Source: Vicugna vicugna | Lineage: Eukaryota | Assembly (NCBI GenBank): GCA_013265495.1 | Contig: MU058793.1 | Span: 250,001-314,000, forward strand | Length of the DNA stretch: 64,000 bases | Direction of reading: 5' to 3' | Shown here: one piece after another, positions 11,558 to 25,179 of the stretch | Numbering within the stretch: the stretch's first letter is position 1 | How the letters are laid out: each line of letters opens with the position of its first letter | The notes under the pieces: model-generated | What the model was told of the DNA's origin: nothing | Database searches by the model: none | Seen by the model: only the letters and a program-made list of their open reading frames with translations | Position numbers and translations under genes: made by a program

Positions 11558-14500
11558 CTCTTCCTCTTAGTAAGAGGCATTACCTCTTTTCTGTAGTTAT
11601 ATGTCACCCACATCATCTGTATTTCGTTAACTGTTCCCATTTTTAAATGGGAGAAAGGCTTGTAGTATGGAGTCTCATCTCAGACAGTACATCCCCTAAA
11701 AGCATTTCTTCCTAGGAAGGTGGCTGTTTCTTTAAGTTTCTATTATGTTTACTCTCATCCTCTGGCAGGCATTGAAATATTGATATTTTGATTAAGTTTG
11801 GGACGGTGACTCTGATGGTCAAAGTCCAAAGATAGCAACCAGGAGGCTTTACTGTTTTGATAAATCCTGAGCCATTCTTTGATGGAAAAACAATCATAAT
11901 ATGTTGAGGAGGAAAAGGAACACGCTACACATTTGAAAGCTGTCGCAGCCCTGCTGCAGACTGGCCAGTGGACAATTCCTTTCTCTCTGCTGACTTATTA
12001 CCTAGTTGGTTGAGAGTTTCCTGGTAAAACTCAGAACGTAAGAACCCTCCCCCTGATAGTACCAAGTCCTCCAGCACGCTGCTGCTAGACCAGCAGGCAA
12101 CCATCTCTAGCTTTGGTAGAAGGCTCTACCTCTATCACAGACAAGCCAGAGCAAATCTAATCAAGCACTGCGTTTGGCTCAGGGGTTCTCAAGTCAAGTT
12201 TAATGAAGTTCTTTTTCTCCCAATGTCACATAAATGATATCTAAGTTTCCTTTAGTTCTTCAATTCTAGGTTTGCCAGTATTGCTACAAAGAGTTGTATG
12301 TTTCCTCCCATTAGTCACTTGGTAAATAATACATTTTTTCTTGTAAACCAAAGCTGATTGCCTGGGAAGCAGCTGAGCCCAAACCAATAGACCCAGGGCT
12401 TGAAATTTAATGATGCTGAAGATTTAACGAAAAACAGAGTGAGTACTTTTTGTTCTTAATCGCAGTAATCAAAATGGACCTTGCCAAGGAGACTTAAGTT
12501 GGAAAAGGCTGGATAAGATGTTATTGCCTGGTACATTTTTTTATGTGTGGTGGGAAAGGGATATTAGATGCAAAATCTTCAGTTTTTCCTAAGCAGTGTG
12601 TAAATGTTCTCCAAACTTTTCCCCTTAGTGCAGTGGAATATTATAGTGATTTTTCAGTGTTTTTATGCATTCAGTATTGTTTACAATGGATATGCTTCAT
12701 TTTTTACACACACGAAAATAAGCTTTAAAAAATCTTCCACGGAATTCTTTTTGTCTCCACCTCATGAGTCGGATTAGTTTAAAAAAGAAACAGGAGGGTG
12801 GTGGTTAATAATTTGCCTGCATTAAAATGTAATAACATCAACTTCCTACCAAGTATCTCTATGTAGATGACTAACCAAACTTTAAAAAAAAAGAAAGTCA
12901 GTCTCCTAGAAACAGAGTTTGTGCATACACAGGGCGATCAATAGGAAACAGTAAAAAAAGAAAATATGCTTAATCATTTATTTAAGTTTCATCATGTGTG
13001 TTGGTGTTTGGCATATAAATAGGGTGGTTTGTTGTGGAAATACAAGAAAGGTGGATTGAATTCATGGCCAGAATACCAAACAAATGGTCATTTTTACATG
13101 TTTTAATGTTTAATCACAGTATTCTTTTTCTTTGAGCAGAAATATATATACATGTGTATGTGTATCCTTACATAAATACATACATATTTACTTGTGTTTT
13201 CAAAGACACGTAGATACAAATATTTGAATCTTGAATCTCCTTTTGTTTTCACTTAAACCTCCAAAAGTTTAGTTAACATATCAGATTAAATACCAGAGTT
13301 TTACAGGTTTAAATATCAGATTTTTATAGCCAGAATGCAAACAGCAAGAGGGTTAAAAAGCAGTTGCTTCTTGGATGCATTAGCCTGAAAAGCATCTTAT
13401 CTAGAGCTGACCCCATTGGCCAAAACCGTCTTCTCTAGTTCATTGTACTTGATTCGGTGTGTCACCTGTCTCTTGTTTGTCTATAGATTAGCACAAAAAT
13501 GTCATTGCAAACTAAGTGAATAGGGCACAGCCTCAGCACCTGCCACTTTTAAAACTCTTTAGAAGATTCCCTTGTTTATTTTGTAGGCACCCAGGGGGGC
13601 ACTTAAATAACTGCATTGAAACAAACAATGCTGGTGATGATTAAGGAGGCTTTCACATGAAAATTCACTTCAGAAAAATGTTTTGCAGATGTACTGAAGA
13701 AAACTGTATCACTAAGAACCACTCAAAATACTTCGGTGGACCAAAACACCTTTATATTTCTTCTGGCAGCCTGCCAAGTTCACTGCCAGCTTGAAAAGAA
13801 TTCTATAGCTGGAGGCTAGAGCAGAAACTGCAATGATTTAAAAGAGAATTGGCTACAGTAAGAACGATAATGCCCTATATCGTTAAAATGCAACTGGCAT
13901 CTTAGCCTCCCTACAGCTCTTTGAAAATGTGCCTACTCTTCAACTATTTACAAGGAAAAATGCGGAGACAATTGAAATCACAAGAAATAAAAATTATTTT
14001 AAGGGACTGAGAACTATTTGCCAAATGATTTATCAGTAGTGCTTATAAACTAATGACATGTCCTCAGCTGTTAAATGAGTGAGAAATCCATGCAGAAATT
14101 CTGCTCATTACGAAACTCAACCATCAAACATAAACCATTTTCATGATGTCCTAAATTAATGGATGCAGACTGTAAATACAAAAACAGTTGGCTTAAAATT
14201 AAGATGTAAATACAAACGGACAACGTCCTGATGTCATCAGTCTCTCTTAGCATTTGACAGAAACGGTATCTTTGGTTATTTTTCTGGATGATTTTGGAGA
14301 GCTAAGATTTGGCCTGGCAAGCTAAGAGAAATCACAGAAAGTCTAAGGACCAAATTAAAATAGATTTCTTGGATGTTTGTACAGAAAACCAAGAGAAGGA
14401 TCTGTCCAGTGCTTCAGGTTTATAGTAAGCATCAAGGACATGTCTTTAAATTTCAGACTCAATAACACATTATACAATCACTTATTTCTTCCTTAGGTAA

Positions 14501-15054
14501 AAATGAGTAAAATTCTCCTTTCAAGTGGGTATATACACCACCCCATTTCACTTTGCTCTCATTAGTACACAAACAGGGAAGTCAAGAGAATTTTGCTAGA
14601 AAACTCAACTTGGGATCTGTGGAGATGAAGCACCCAGTTTAGCACACACATCCTTGACTGCATGTCAAAACTTAAATAAGCCAAGGGGCTTAATGCACAG
14701 GGAGAAACAGAAGCCTAAATGCAAAAAAGGGCCAAAGCTAAACAGTACTCTCTTGGAGGTGTGCATCAACTGCAGTGGGAACATCAATGAGGGAGTATTT
14801 TCTAAAAATCTTAAAGTGTATGTTCAGATAAAAACCAAAGGATTGAGGACTTTTGGTAATTCAAACTCCACATTTCTGTTCCCAACAGCTATGCCCTTTG
14901 CTATAGTCAAAAAAGAATGGATTTTCTATTATGCCTGCCGCTAATTAAGGACTTTTTTCTCCATCATGTAAACAAAGAATGGCCTGTGAAACCTGAAAAC
15001 TAATGACTAAAGTAACAGAAAACGGAGAATTTCATTCAACATGCATTTACTATT

Positions 15055-15910
15055 TCATTCCCTCCTGATGGTTTCATGTCCCAGCAATATGCTAAATCTC
15101 GATATCTATGGGCTAGATTCACCTCCCGAGTTTCAGATTCTTAAGTCTGACTTCCTTTTTGATGTTTCCAGTTGCATCTCTGGCACCTCCAACTCAGCAT
15201 ATCCCTACTGAACTCATCATCTCTCATAACCTTACTTAAACCTGAGCCCACCTTCCATTAACTAACCCCACAGTTCTCTAAAGACAAACCTTGGGCATCA
15301 CTCCTAGTCTTCCCTTCTCTCTGATTCCCACTCACATCCAGTGAATCTGTTGAATCTAGTTGTGTTGATTCTAACTTTGCTACATGTCATGGACTGAATA
15401 TTTCAACCCTCCACCCCCACCACCAAATCGGTATGGTGAAACCCTACCCATCAATGTGGTAGTATTAGGACATAAGGAGGTAATTAGGTCATGAGGGTGG
15501 AGCCCTGACAAATGAAGTAGTGCCCTAGTAAGAAGAAACAGGTGAGTGATGATTTCTCTCTTGGCCATGTAAGGAGGCAATGAGCAGAGGGTCATCTGCA
15601 AGCCGGGAAGCAGATGGTTTGATCTGCTCACGTGATATTGAATCTACCAACATCTTGTCCTGGGACTTCTCAATCTGTGAGAGTTAAATGTTTGGGCCAC
15701 ATGTTCTATGGAATTTTACTATAGCAGCTCTAACTAAGACACTACCTTTCAGTTAGATCCACTTGCCTCCAACCCCTTTCCAGTATTGGAGTTCAGGGCA
15801 CTATTGTCTCTTACTAGATTACCACAGGGGATCTTTTAACTTGATCCCCAACTGCTGCCTTGGCCACACAAGGTAAATAAACCTACAGTAGCCAAAATGA
15901 TCCTTCTTCA
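15055..15910 (+). mobile_element. L2 LINE fragment split by MLT1A
   Basis: GGCACCTCCAACTCAGCATATCC..ACTGAACTCATCATCT...CTCACATCCAGT; resumes after the LTR with CTACCTTTC...TAGATTACCACA. Confidence 0.75.
15385..15741 (+). mobile_element. MLT1A-like solo LTR inserted in L2
   Basis: TGTCATGGACTGAAT...AGGAGGTAATTAGGTCATGAGGGTGGAGCCCT...TATAGCAGCTCTAACTAAGACA. TSD CTACA/CTACC. Confidence 0.88.
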
Positions 15911-16203
15911 CAGCTATGAGTTTCTTATAAAATGTAAACACCCTTGGGAAACAAGCCACATTAGGTTCAAGGTATCTTAGTGCCAATCAGCTTATAGAGT
16001 CTCTTTCTCCTGTCACAGGAATCCCGGGGTTTGAGGTTGAGTCTAGAGAGGGCACAAGAAGCAGATGTCCCCTCTTTCACATGTATCCAGAAATGTTGCA
16101 ACCAGAGCCCTAGGTTTCCCACACTTTGGTTTTCCAAAGATAGTTTAAATCACAAAAAAATCAAAATGAAAACTGAAGCCCAACAAAAGGCTGCTATTTT
16201 GTT

Positions 16204-16540
16204 TCAACTTTATTAAGATATGCTTAGTGACATATATTTAAAATGTAACATTTGATCCATTTTAAATATGTATACACTTGTGAAACCATCACCACAACTA
16301 AGATAAGAAACATTTTATCACCCCCAAAAGTTTCCTCATTCCCTTTTATAATCCATCCCTCTCTCCTCCCCAGCCCTAATAACCACTACTCTGATTTCTG
16401 TCACTACAGATTAGTTTGCACTTCCTAGAATTTTATGTAAACGGAATCATATAGTATGTACTCTTTTTTTTTGTAAGGCTTATTTCTCTTAGTATAAGGA
16501 TTTTAAGACTCATCCATATTATTGCATGTATTAACAAACT
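16204..16540 (-). mobile_element. L1MB-like 3'UTR
   Basis: CAACTTTATTAAGATA...GAAACCATCACCACAA...CACCCCCAAAAGTTTCCTC...ATGTAAACGGAATCATATAGTATGTACTC. Confidence 0.85.
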
Positions 16541-16848
16541 TTCTACTTTACCAAGTGATGACACCTTTTAAACCATTCCTTCTACTATCATCATTAATTT
16601 CATGAAAGAAAAGGCATTTTAACCATCAACAAGGAGAAAGGATATGTATTCCAAATGACAGTTGTTCTCCAGAATGAATAATCGACAATCTTGTGCTGAC
16701 AAAGAGTGGGGTCCTCAGGCAAATTGTATAAACCCCATCACCCAAAGCCAGTCCTTCTCCTGGCCACGAAGGGGGAAGCGCTGCCCTCACAAAGCCCTAT
16801 ACTCCTCCTCATTCAAGGAGGGAGAAAAGCAGATCCCTCTTGAGACCC

Positions 16849-16862
16849 GTTTCCATGGTAAC
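16849..16862. promoter_or_regulatory. Candidate RFX X-box
   Basis: GTTTCCATGGTAAC matches the near-palindromic consensus GTTNCCATGGNAAC and lies outside recognisable repeats. Motif match only. Confidence 0.4.
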
Positions 16863-17629
16863 CAGCTAGCAATTGACAATGTGGCAGCAGTTGGGCCTCC
16901 TGAAGGGGAAAATCTTCAACTGAGACCAGGCCACTGAGAGGCCCAAGAAAGGACAGCTCAGACCTGGGCCTCCTCAAGAGGCCCCAGGAATCACTAGGCT
17001 GTCCCTTTCTTGGGAACGGCCCTGGTGGGTATACAGAGAATTAGACGGAGGAGGGAAGAAGGGCTTCCTTCTCTGCATCAGCCTGGCCCATAGGCTGGAA
17101 ACAGACAAGGCAGTGGTGATCATAGAAAGAGTGTGGGCCTTAGAGACACCACCCTTAGAATCAGGGCAACTTTAAGCAAGTTCATTAATCTCCCTAAGGC
17201 TCACATTCTTCCATAAGATTAGGTAATACTGGGCCTCTGCATTGGATAACTCCAGAGGGCATCATTCAAGTTATAGTCTGTTTGCTTATCCTCATTCCGA
17301 TGAGCATGCACTTGCCCTCCAGCAATGCCCTGGGAGCTGAAAGGGTAGAGGCAAGTGTCTGTATGTGGCATTTTAGGCCTGGAAGGGATGGGAGCTAACA
17401 ACATGGGTTAAATATTGCAGGTGAATGAGGGGCTTAAATCTAGATTCCCCCCCATTCCTCTCCAAGACAGCCATCAGGGAGGCCCCATATTCCCAGCGTC
17501 TGCGGCTCTCTATGACAGCAAGGGTATCAATCAGTACACTTGACACACTCTTTCCCATCCACCCCCAAGAGGGTCTGTCAGATCTCCAGCTATTGGTGGT
17601 TCTATTCAATGACAATCTGACATCAAAGC

Positions 17630-17846
17630 ACTTCGGTTAAGAATGAGACTCGGGCAGCAGGCACATCCAAGTTCAAGTCCCAGCTGTGCTTTTTGATAAC
17701 TAGGTAACCTTGGATGAATCATTTAACATTCTCAAGCCTCAGTTGCCCCACAATAATAATTTGCTTAACAGAGTTGCTGCAAGAATCATTGTGAAAATGT
17801 ATATAACGTGTTCAGCAAATACCATAGTGCTTGGTAAATATCAGCT
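17630..17846 (+). mobile_element. MIR SINE
   Basis: GGTTAAGAAT...GTTCAAGTCCCAGCT...AACCTTGGATGAATCATTTAAC...GCCTCAGTT. Confidence 0.8.
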
Positions 17847-18039
17847 TTTTTGGTAACTTTTCACATTTTTTTCCTGGGCAATGTTGAAACTTTCTTGGGG
17901 ACTTTCTCTTTCTCTTGCCCCAGACATCCCTTCTGCTGAAACAGAGACTGAGATGAATCCAACGTAGATCTGATGCTCTGCTTGATGGTAGGCTGAGTGC
18001 AAGGCCAGTGTTTAGGCAGTTTTGCAAAGTAAAAGGTCT

Positions 18040-18213
18040 ACATCATTGTCAACACTGGTAACCCTCAGAACTACCTGTAATAGTTTAGCAAACAGTTTGG
18101 AGAGCCTAATCCAGCAGGTTTGTTTAGGGCAGAGTTATCTATCTGCTTGTGTTGTTTTGCTTTTAAAGATTCCCCAGGTGGCCTTGGTATTTAGTCAAGA
18201 CTGAGTACCACTG
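18040..18213. mobile_element. MER5-like hAT MITE
   Basis: TTTTAAAGATTCCCCAGGTGGCCTTG...GACTGAGTACCACTG terminus. Confidence 0.55.
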
Positions 18214-18221
18214 GTCCAGAG

Positions 18222-18437
18222 TAAGATCAGCAAACCTCTCCTATGAAGGCCCACATAGTAAATATTTTAGGCTTTGCTGGTCACATGCTATATTTTCCAT
18301 CACATAGTCTTTGCTTCTTACAACTGTTTAAAAATGTAAAAACCGTTTGTCCAAATATATGCTGTGGATGTAATATGGGCTGTACAAAAACAGGCCATGA
18401 CCAAATTGGCCCACAGGCCATAGCTGACTGACTCCTA
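18222..18437 (+). mobile_element. MER58-type hAT-Charlie MITE
   Basis: ATCAGCAAAC...ATAGTAAATATTTTAGGCTTTGC...GGCTGTACAAAAACAGGC...TTGGCCCACAGGCCATAG. 8-bp TSD GTCCAGAG/GTCTAGAG, the typical hAT target. Confidence 0.9.
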
Positions 18438-21304
18438 GTCTAGAGATCTCAGCCCCGGAAGTTCCATGACCTAAAACATCCTTTACTTTGACTCAGACTC
18501 CAATGAACACATTGACCCATCTTCCCTTTGGCCAACTTGGTGATCCTTCACATTTTACATGCCTGCCTCACTCAACCCCTTTGGCAAGCTACTGCAGGAC
18601 TGCACTGCAGCTGAGAGCAAGCCCTCCCTGACAGCCTCAGGGTGAGGAGTGTTGGCAGAGCAGTCGGATTCCCACTGGAAGAGCACGAGTCAGCACCACG
18701 CTGAGCTCAAGCATGGATACCTGCCACTGCTGCCAGAGCAGCATCATTTACAAGCATCTGTCGAGCACCTTTCATCTAATTCATCCTGTGGAAACTAGAA
18801 ATTGCTACTCTTGCACACAATAAACTTTTGGCAGTTAGCCTTCTGAACTGGGACTCGGTGCCTTTCCTGAGTGGAAAGACCTTTCTGATGGATGAAGGTG
18901 GGGCCTCCAGTTACTGTACTTGTTTTAACACAGCCTACTCCACGGAGCCACTGTTGGAGACCCACTGTATACCCTTTCAGGGAAAACCTCTCCTGGCAAA
19001 ATTTGAGAGACCCGTTTTTGGTGTCATAAGATGGACATGTTTTAATTTTATCAGAGCTCTCAGCCAGGAGACTGGAGAAATGCTTTGGGTTAAAGAGGGC
19101 ATGAACATGGATCAGAGAGCTTTGTGTGAGACAAAGCAAAGAATTAAACGGTTTCTACACTGAGGGAGGGAGGGTGGAAGAGAAAATGGAAGGAGATGGG
19201 TGTAGGTGTGTACTGTTCCTGAGGCTTCTCTCCCAACTCTCCCAGTTCTTTAATAATGTTATGAAATTCACAAAATGCTTGTGTGTAAATGAGTTTTTGG
19301 TGGAAACAGTGAAGAGACAGTTTCATGCTGAGATTGAAAGAGAGCAGGACAGAGCGAGAGCAGCATGGATGAATGAAGAAATGGGGAAATAGAGAAAAGC
19401 ATAGAGTTGAGCTGTAAAACCTTTTGGATTACAGAGAGTGCTTGAGATTGTCTCCAGATAGTGTAATTAGCTGATGTTTGATGTTAAATAAATCCCCATT
19501 TGATATCATTCTTTTATTTTTATTGTTATTAATTTATAGGAATTTCATGTGACATGTGAGTCACATCTGGCTGTTTTAGCTCACATTTTAGTGCAAGAGT
19601 AACTACACGCAGTAGATTTGCTTCTTTTTCTTAAAAAAAAAATCAATAACTAGTTTGCAATGCCTTTGATAGAAATTCAGTGACCAACATAAGGTTTTAC
19701 TTTATCAAGAAGCTAGGGTATTGTCAACAGCTAGCCAAGAAAGTAACTGATTCAAAATCCAATTGTCAAAACATTCACTGGGCGCTCAATGCATGCAAAA
19801 CAGTGTGCAAGGTGCTGGGAAGATTAAGAGAAATAAGATGTGCTTTCTCTCCTTGGGAGAAATGTCACCACACAGCAGGATCATGGGACCAGAGGAGTGA
19901 TTCCAACACTCGTAACACAGAAATGAACATGGCAAAGGCCATGGGACTTACTCAGCTGGTTGAAACTAAAGTAGCACTACCTGGGGTCATACAAATTACA
20001 CTGTTGATGCCAGAGACCCCAAAATTATAGCCTACCAAAGCCATGCCAATTTGGGGTTAAGTAAAACCTACATCCCTTCAGTGGACACTCCAAGTGCTTT
20101 CAGTCTAAACAAAGCTAGTACCATGGTCTGAATGATCAGGACGGGTTCATAAGGGATTTACATGCTCAAGCTCCAGATTGCTTCTTGAGGAATCACTCTT
20201 AGAGGACTCACAGTCATCTTTCAAAACAGCTTTTAGGAAAAATCAAGAGATATATTTTTCCAAGAGACTGATGCCCTAGAGGCCTGGCAAGGCATCCTTG
20301 GAATTGCTTTAGAAGGGAGTGACTGGCGATGTAGCCATGGGCAAGATGTAGGAGTGAGGAGTGGTGGGTTAGCATGTAGTAGGTAGAGTGCCAAGGTGAG
20401 CGTAAGAAGCAGGGTTGCCCCAAATCACATTTCATTCTCCCCTACACCTCTCAGAAGCACTGGACCAAGCGGATGTGCCAAGCATCCACTGGCACATAGT
20501 ATATGTTCATGAAATATTTGCTAAAAGAAGAGAAAAATACGGAAATAAGGTTGAAAAACATCACTTGAGAGACACAGAATGCTCTTCACTCTTCAGAGCC
20601 AAATTGTATTTATGGTATCACTGTAGAAGTCAGTGGTGATCATGCTTCTGAGACCATTTCCATTGGGAGAGACGTTCTGAGGGTTCTGAAAACTTGCAGG
20701 AAGAGGCAGGCAAGACCAGAGATCATGATCAGTAAAGTGATTAACTGAGCAGCTGTACTGGGGCGGGGGGGGAGTCTCAACTTAGCCACGGTTCAGAGAC
20801 AACAGAAACTTTTCACCAAATGTGATTATGAACAAAGCGTCACTGATTTCAGGGAAGGCTCCCTGACTGAACAGGTACATTCTGATAGGGCTTTCAGGTG
20901 AAGACCACAAGGGAATCCAGCTGGGTTAGGTGGCTCCCAAATCCCATAAGAATCTGCCTTTTTTTCTGGGAAATCTGAACAAGAAAGAATTCATAGCTCT
21001 CAAAACTATTCACAGAGAAGTGTACCAATAAACCCCAACAAACATAACATTTCTTGGAAATGTCAGCTACCAAGGAACGTACTTTCCGGTATGCTCCTGA
21101 ACTCAGGTTCCTGAAACTGTATCATGAAATGGAGATGGTGGTGGTGGTGGCTGCTGTCCATTTTGGAAAGGAAAAAGCCAAGAGTGAGCATCGCAACTCT
21201 CTCTTTTTACATGTGAGGAAAAGGAGACTCAGAAAGATAAAATGGCTCTCTCAAGGTCCCACACCTAATTAGTAGGAAATCTTTCTTCACAGCTGCATAT
21301 AATA

Positions 21305-21452
21305 TAGCACCACCTGACATATTATATATTCTCCTACTGGTATACCATTTCTGTTAAAATGGGGACTTCTTCTATTTGTTCAATGCTGTATACTCAGCAG
21401 TATAACAGCACCTGGCACAAAGCAGGTGCTCAGTAAAAATGTGTGCACTGAG
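21305..21452 (+). mobile_element. L2 3' end
   Basis: TTGTTCAATGCTGTATACTCAGCA...AACAGCACCTGGCACAAAGCAGGTGCTCAGTAAA. Confidence 0.8.
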
Positions 21453-21619
21453 AGAAGGACTGAAGTCTTTAGACCGTTGCCCCAGGGCCCTTTAGATGGC
21501 ATCATCCTGTTTCATTAATCTAGGGGGGACCCTTGGACCACTGAAATCAATAAATATTTACCATGGACAAATCACCTGACCGGCTCTGTGGTAGGTTGTT
21601 AGGAGGGAAGAGGGGATGA

Positions 21620-22185
21620 GTTAGTGAGAGCTCCTTCAGAAATAAAACGCAAAAACCCAACTGAAACTAGCTTACACATAAAAAGGGGTGTGGGAGGTAG
21701 GGAAGATTCATTGTTCATATAGCTGGAAAATTTAAAGGTAATGCCTGCAAGAACGGTTGGAACTAGGGGCACAAAAAGGGTTTTCTGGATTTTATTTCTC
21801 TCTCCATCACTCAAGGTTCTACTTTTTCTCTGCATTGGCTTCCCTCTTGGTCAGGATTTCTCTGGACTGTATGTAGCCCTGGTAGTTCCAGGCTTACATC
21901 CTACTTACTTAGCAGTAGTAAGTTCTTTATTCTAACAGTTCAAGCAAAACCCTAGGTAGGGTTCCTACTGGTCCAGCCTGGACTATGTACTCATTCACAA
22001 TGAGTTACACTGACCAAAGGGATGTAGTCAATTGCTTAACCATGTCTGGGTTATGTGTCCACCATGGAGGCTGGGATGAAGTCAGTCCCATCTAAACTAC
22101 ATGGACTGGGCCAAGGGTACATTTCTAAAAGAAAATTGGGGTCCCCTGTCCAAAAGAAGAGATGCTGTGAAGATAAAGAGCATAC
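21620..22185 (-). mobile_element. MLT1K-like solo LTR
   Basis: AAAAACCCAACTGAAACTAGCTTA...TTCTCTGCATTGGCTTCCCTCT...CCAGGCTTACATCC...GGGTTATGTGTCCACC. Confidence 0.7.
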
Positions 22186-22297
22186 ATATTCCCATCCCAA
22201 ATCAAGGCTGGGGATCAAAACAATAACAAAGTCCCTAAGCTTCAGGAACTTCAGTTTTTTAATACTAAATCTTTTAAAAATTTTTTCTTGAAGTAAA

Positions 22298-22365
22298 GTC
22301 ATATGATGTCACTTATATGTGGAATCTAAAGCAATGACACAAATGAACTTATTTACAAAGCAGGA
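22298..22365 (+). mobile_element. Short L1 ORF2-end/3'UTR fragment
   Basis: CATATGATGTCACTTATATGTGGAATCTAAA...ACAAATGAACTTATTTACAAA resembles the other L1 copies in the window. Confidence 0.7.
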
Positions 22366-22776
22366 ACTTAATTTTTGTTGGAGGGAAAACACAAATCAGT
22401 TCATAGGTAACAAAAACAGCATTTGATGACGATCAAATCTGAACTTGTAATATGAGCTTACCACACTCTATAAAACCATATGGCTAATTTCTGAAGGTTT
22501 AATTTCCTTTCTATGTACAATTTTGCGCTCTGTACATTGACATCCCTGGACCACCTGTGACTTGGCATTTGTGTATCTGCTCTCCAAGCTGCCTTCTAAG
22601 CTATTAGTGGGGCACTGCCAGGCAGTCAACAGCTCAGGCTTCACCTTGTTGCCCCTTTATTTACATCAGCATTCAAGCAACTGGCAACTATCTTATTATG
22701 CTTTGCCTTTTGAAAATAAAGAAGAATAAAAGATGAAAAAAAGCATAAGAAATTGTTACGAAAGTATAATTCACAT

Positions 22777-22870
22777 ATGAAAATGTATATATGTCTGTAC
22801 ATGCATGACTGGGACATTGTGCTGCACACCAGAAATTGACACATTGTTATTGACTGTACTTCAATAAAAA
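22777..22870 (+). mobile_element. Very short L1 3' tail insertion
   Basis: ...CACCAGAAATTGACACATTGTTATTGACTGTACTTCAATAAAAAA. TSD AAAGTATAATTCACAT (22761-22776) / AAAGTATAATTCTCAT (22871-22886). Confidence 0.88.
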
Positions 22871-23164
22871 AAAGTATAATTCTCATGAACTAATGAAGAT
22901 CAAGTGTGAACATCACTAGCTGTGGCAAAAGTGGCAAATCTTGTTTCTCAGTTGAATGTTCATTGGACCACGTTTGACTGGGAGTTCAAAGAAGACAATG
23001 ATGGAACATACACCAAACTCTATAAAAATTACTTTTTGGTCCTTATGATAATTCTGTCCATGGCATAGCTTTCTTTTACCTACTGTTCAGGACTCTATTA
23101 TAGATGGAAGCACTGCCTATCTGTGCATCAGAGCATAAGTGCTCTAATTATGCTTCTTAAACTT

Positions 23165-23815
23165 ATGTTATTCACAAGGTTTACTACATTTGCATAGCTC
23201 CTTTCCCATTTCTTAGTATTTCCCACTAACACCCCCTTTTCCTTAAATATATTTATTTTTAAAGGAAGTTCTGAATCACAAACATAAATGGAATGCTTGT
23301 ATTCCTTGCCATAAATAGAAAGTATCTGAAAAATATAGCAATGTTATTAAATTCTAGCTAGTCCCTGTTCACTGGCAAGGTTTGAAGCCCAAGGCAGGCT
23401 CTCTCTTTATTAAAAAACAACCCCCAAAAAGTGACTAAAAAAAAAAACAAGTATCAGAGAGTTATTAAAGATGTATTAGTGCTAAGCTTGAACTTTTTTC
23501 CTTGGCTTCAATGCAGGGATTGAAGGAGAATTGAAAAAGACTACACCAGAAATTGACAACATTGTAAACTGACTATACTTCAATAAAAATACATATGTAC
23601 AGAAAAAAATTTTAAAGAATATATATACCCATATCTATGTGTATAACTGAATCACTATGCTGTACACCAGAAACCAACACAACATTGTAAATCAACTACA
23701 ATTCAATAAAAATGAAAAGAAAGAAAAGGCAAGAACTTCCTCACTGTGGGACATTATTTAATGCCTTGTCCTTGTGGTGCCTCAAATGATCACATGCCAT
23801 CCATGGTATGTGACT
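23165..23815 (+). mobile_element. Charlie4a-like DNA transposon relic interrupted by L1 tails
   Basis: ATGTTATTAAATTCTAGCTAG...GCTCTCTCTTT...GGATTGAAGGAGAATTGAAAA | L1 | AACTTCCTCACTGTG...TTATTTAATGCC. Confidence 0.75.
23542..23725 (+). mobile_element. Two tandem L1 3' tails inserted in a Charlie4 element
   Basis: Two successive ACACCAGAAA..ACAACATTGTAAA..CTA..TTCAATAAAAAT units at ~23542 and ~23665. Confidence 0.8.
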
Positions 23816-24979
23816 AAGGGGAGCAGCAGGACAGAGGACTCAAGGAGAGAGGTGAACCAGGAGACCAATATTGGTGGAGACTTTCTGGAAGCAGGAGTAC
23901 TTGACTGTGGCCTCACAGGGTCAAGATGGTTTTGACCTATTTACTGTAGGAAATGCCACTTGCTAAGGCTGTGGGCACAAGACTGGGGAAGGTTAGATTT
24001 GTCTGAAGACCCAGTGCCCAGTCCTGTCTGAGTGTCCTCAGGGTGAGTATTCATTTAGTCTAACGGGGAGCAGGAAGCCTCTCTTCCATTCGCTCCTCAA
24101 TCATTTTCTCATTTTATTTTATTTTTGTATCAGCTGCTTCTCACTCTGGTTAGTATTATACTTCAGTTAGAATTTTTTTTGCTCAGCTCAGCAAATCTTT
24201 GTCACTGATGGCACTATTCTTACCGAGGACCCGGTGCGAAGTTCAAGTCCTACCCTCCTCCATCTAGGAAAAGACACGGCCAAAATTAGCCAAATGAGAA
24301 CCTAGGCTGCAAAGCAGAGGCTGGCATTGGACCTGGGGTGGATTCACCTGGAACTCACAGCCACAGTGATCACCGCACGTGGAAGAATCGTTTTGACCAG
24401 ACAGAATGTGCCCTGAATGTTGCACAGAACGTGCCTGTGATAAATCCCACTGTATCTCACCCCGGTTCCCCACAATGTGCCCAAAACCTCTTTTCACCAG
24501 TAATGCGGAAAACTCACTTTAACAGAAAGGCAGTTCATCTATGAACATATTGGCTAGAATAACACATCTTAGAGCTAAATGTGTTACTGTAAATGGACTC
24601 ATTTTATATCTCCACATACTGTAGGGTTTTTTTTTTTTTAGTCACATGAACAGAAAACACGGGGACTTAGCTGGGGTCTCAGACCACTAGATACACTCTG
24701 CTGTAACCTGACTTTTCTATGGCACATTTTCTTTATTTAATTTTTTTTTCTTAATGGGGTGGGAGAGTAAGCAAAAGGAGACAGATGCTAACAATAGAGC
24801 ATGTGTTTGGACAATAGAAATGTATTCAGCATATCTTAAATTATTAGTCATCATCAGAAGTTTTGTGATTTTAAAATGTTTGGTATGATAATATATAACT
24901 GAGTATCACATGAGTCACAACATCATAATTTTTTTCTTTTTTTCTTTTTTTTTTTTTTCTTTTTCCCCCAGTATGTAGA

Positions 24980-25023
24980 NNNNNNNNNNNNNNNNNNNNN
25001 NNNNNNNNNNNNNNNNNNNNNNN
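24980..25023. other. Assembly gap (44 N)
   Basis: Run of n characters with T-rich tracts on both sides. Confidence 1.
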
Positions 25024-25057
25024 CCTCTGGCTTATAGAATGTATGTTAAACACAGTG

Positions 25058-25170
25058 TCTTTTTTTTTTTTTTGCTTTTTTTTCAGTTTTATTGGGAAAT
25101 AATTGACATACATCACTGTATAAGTTTAAAGTGTGCAGCATGATGGTTTGACTTCCATACCATCACAATT
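25058..25170 (-). mobile_element. L1MA-like 3' end with poly-T
   Basis: Poly-T followed by CAGTTTTATTGGGAAATAATTGACATACATCACTGTATAAGTTTAAAGTGTGCAGCATGATGG. Confidence 0.8.
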
Positions 25171-25179
25171 TTTAAAGGC

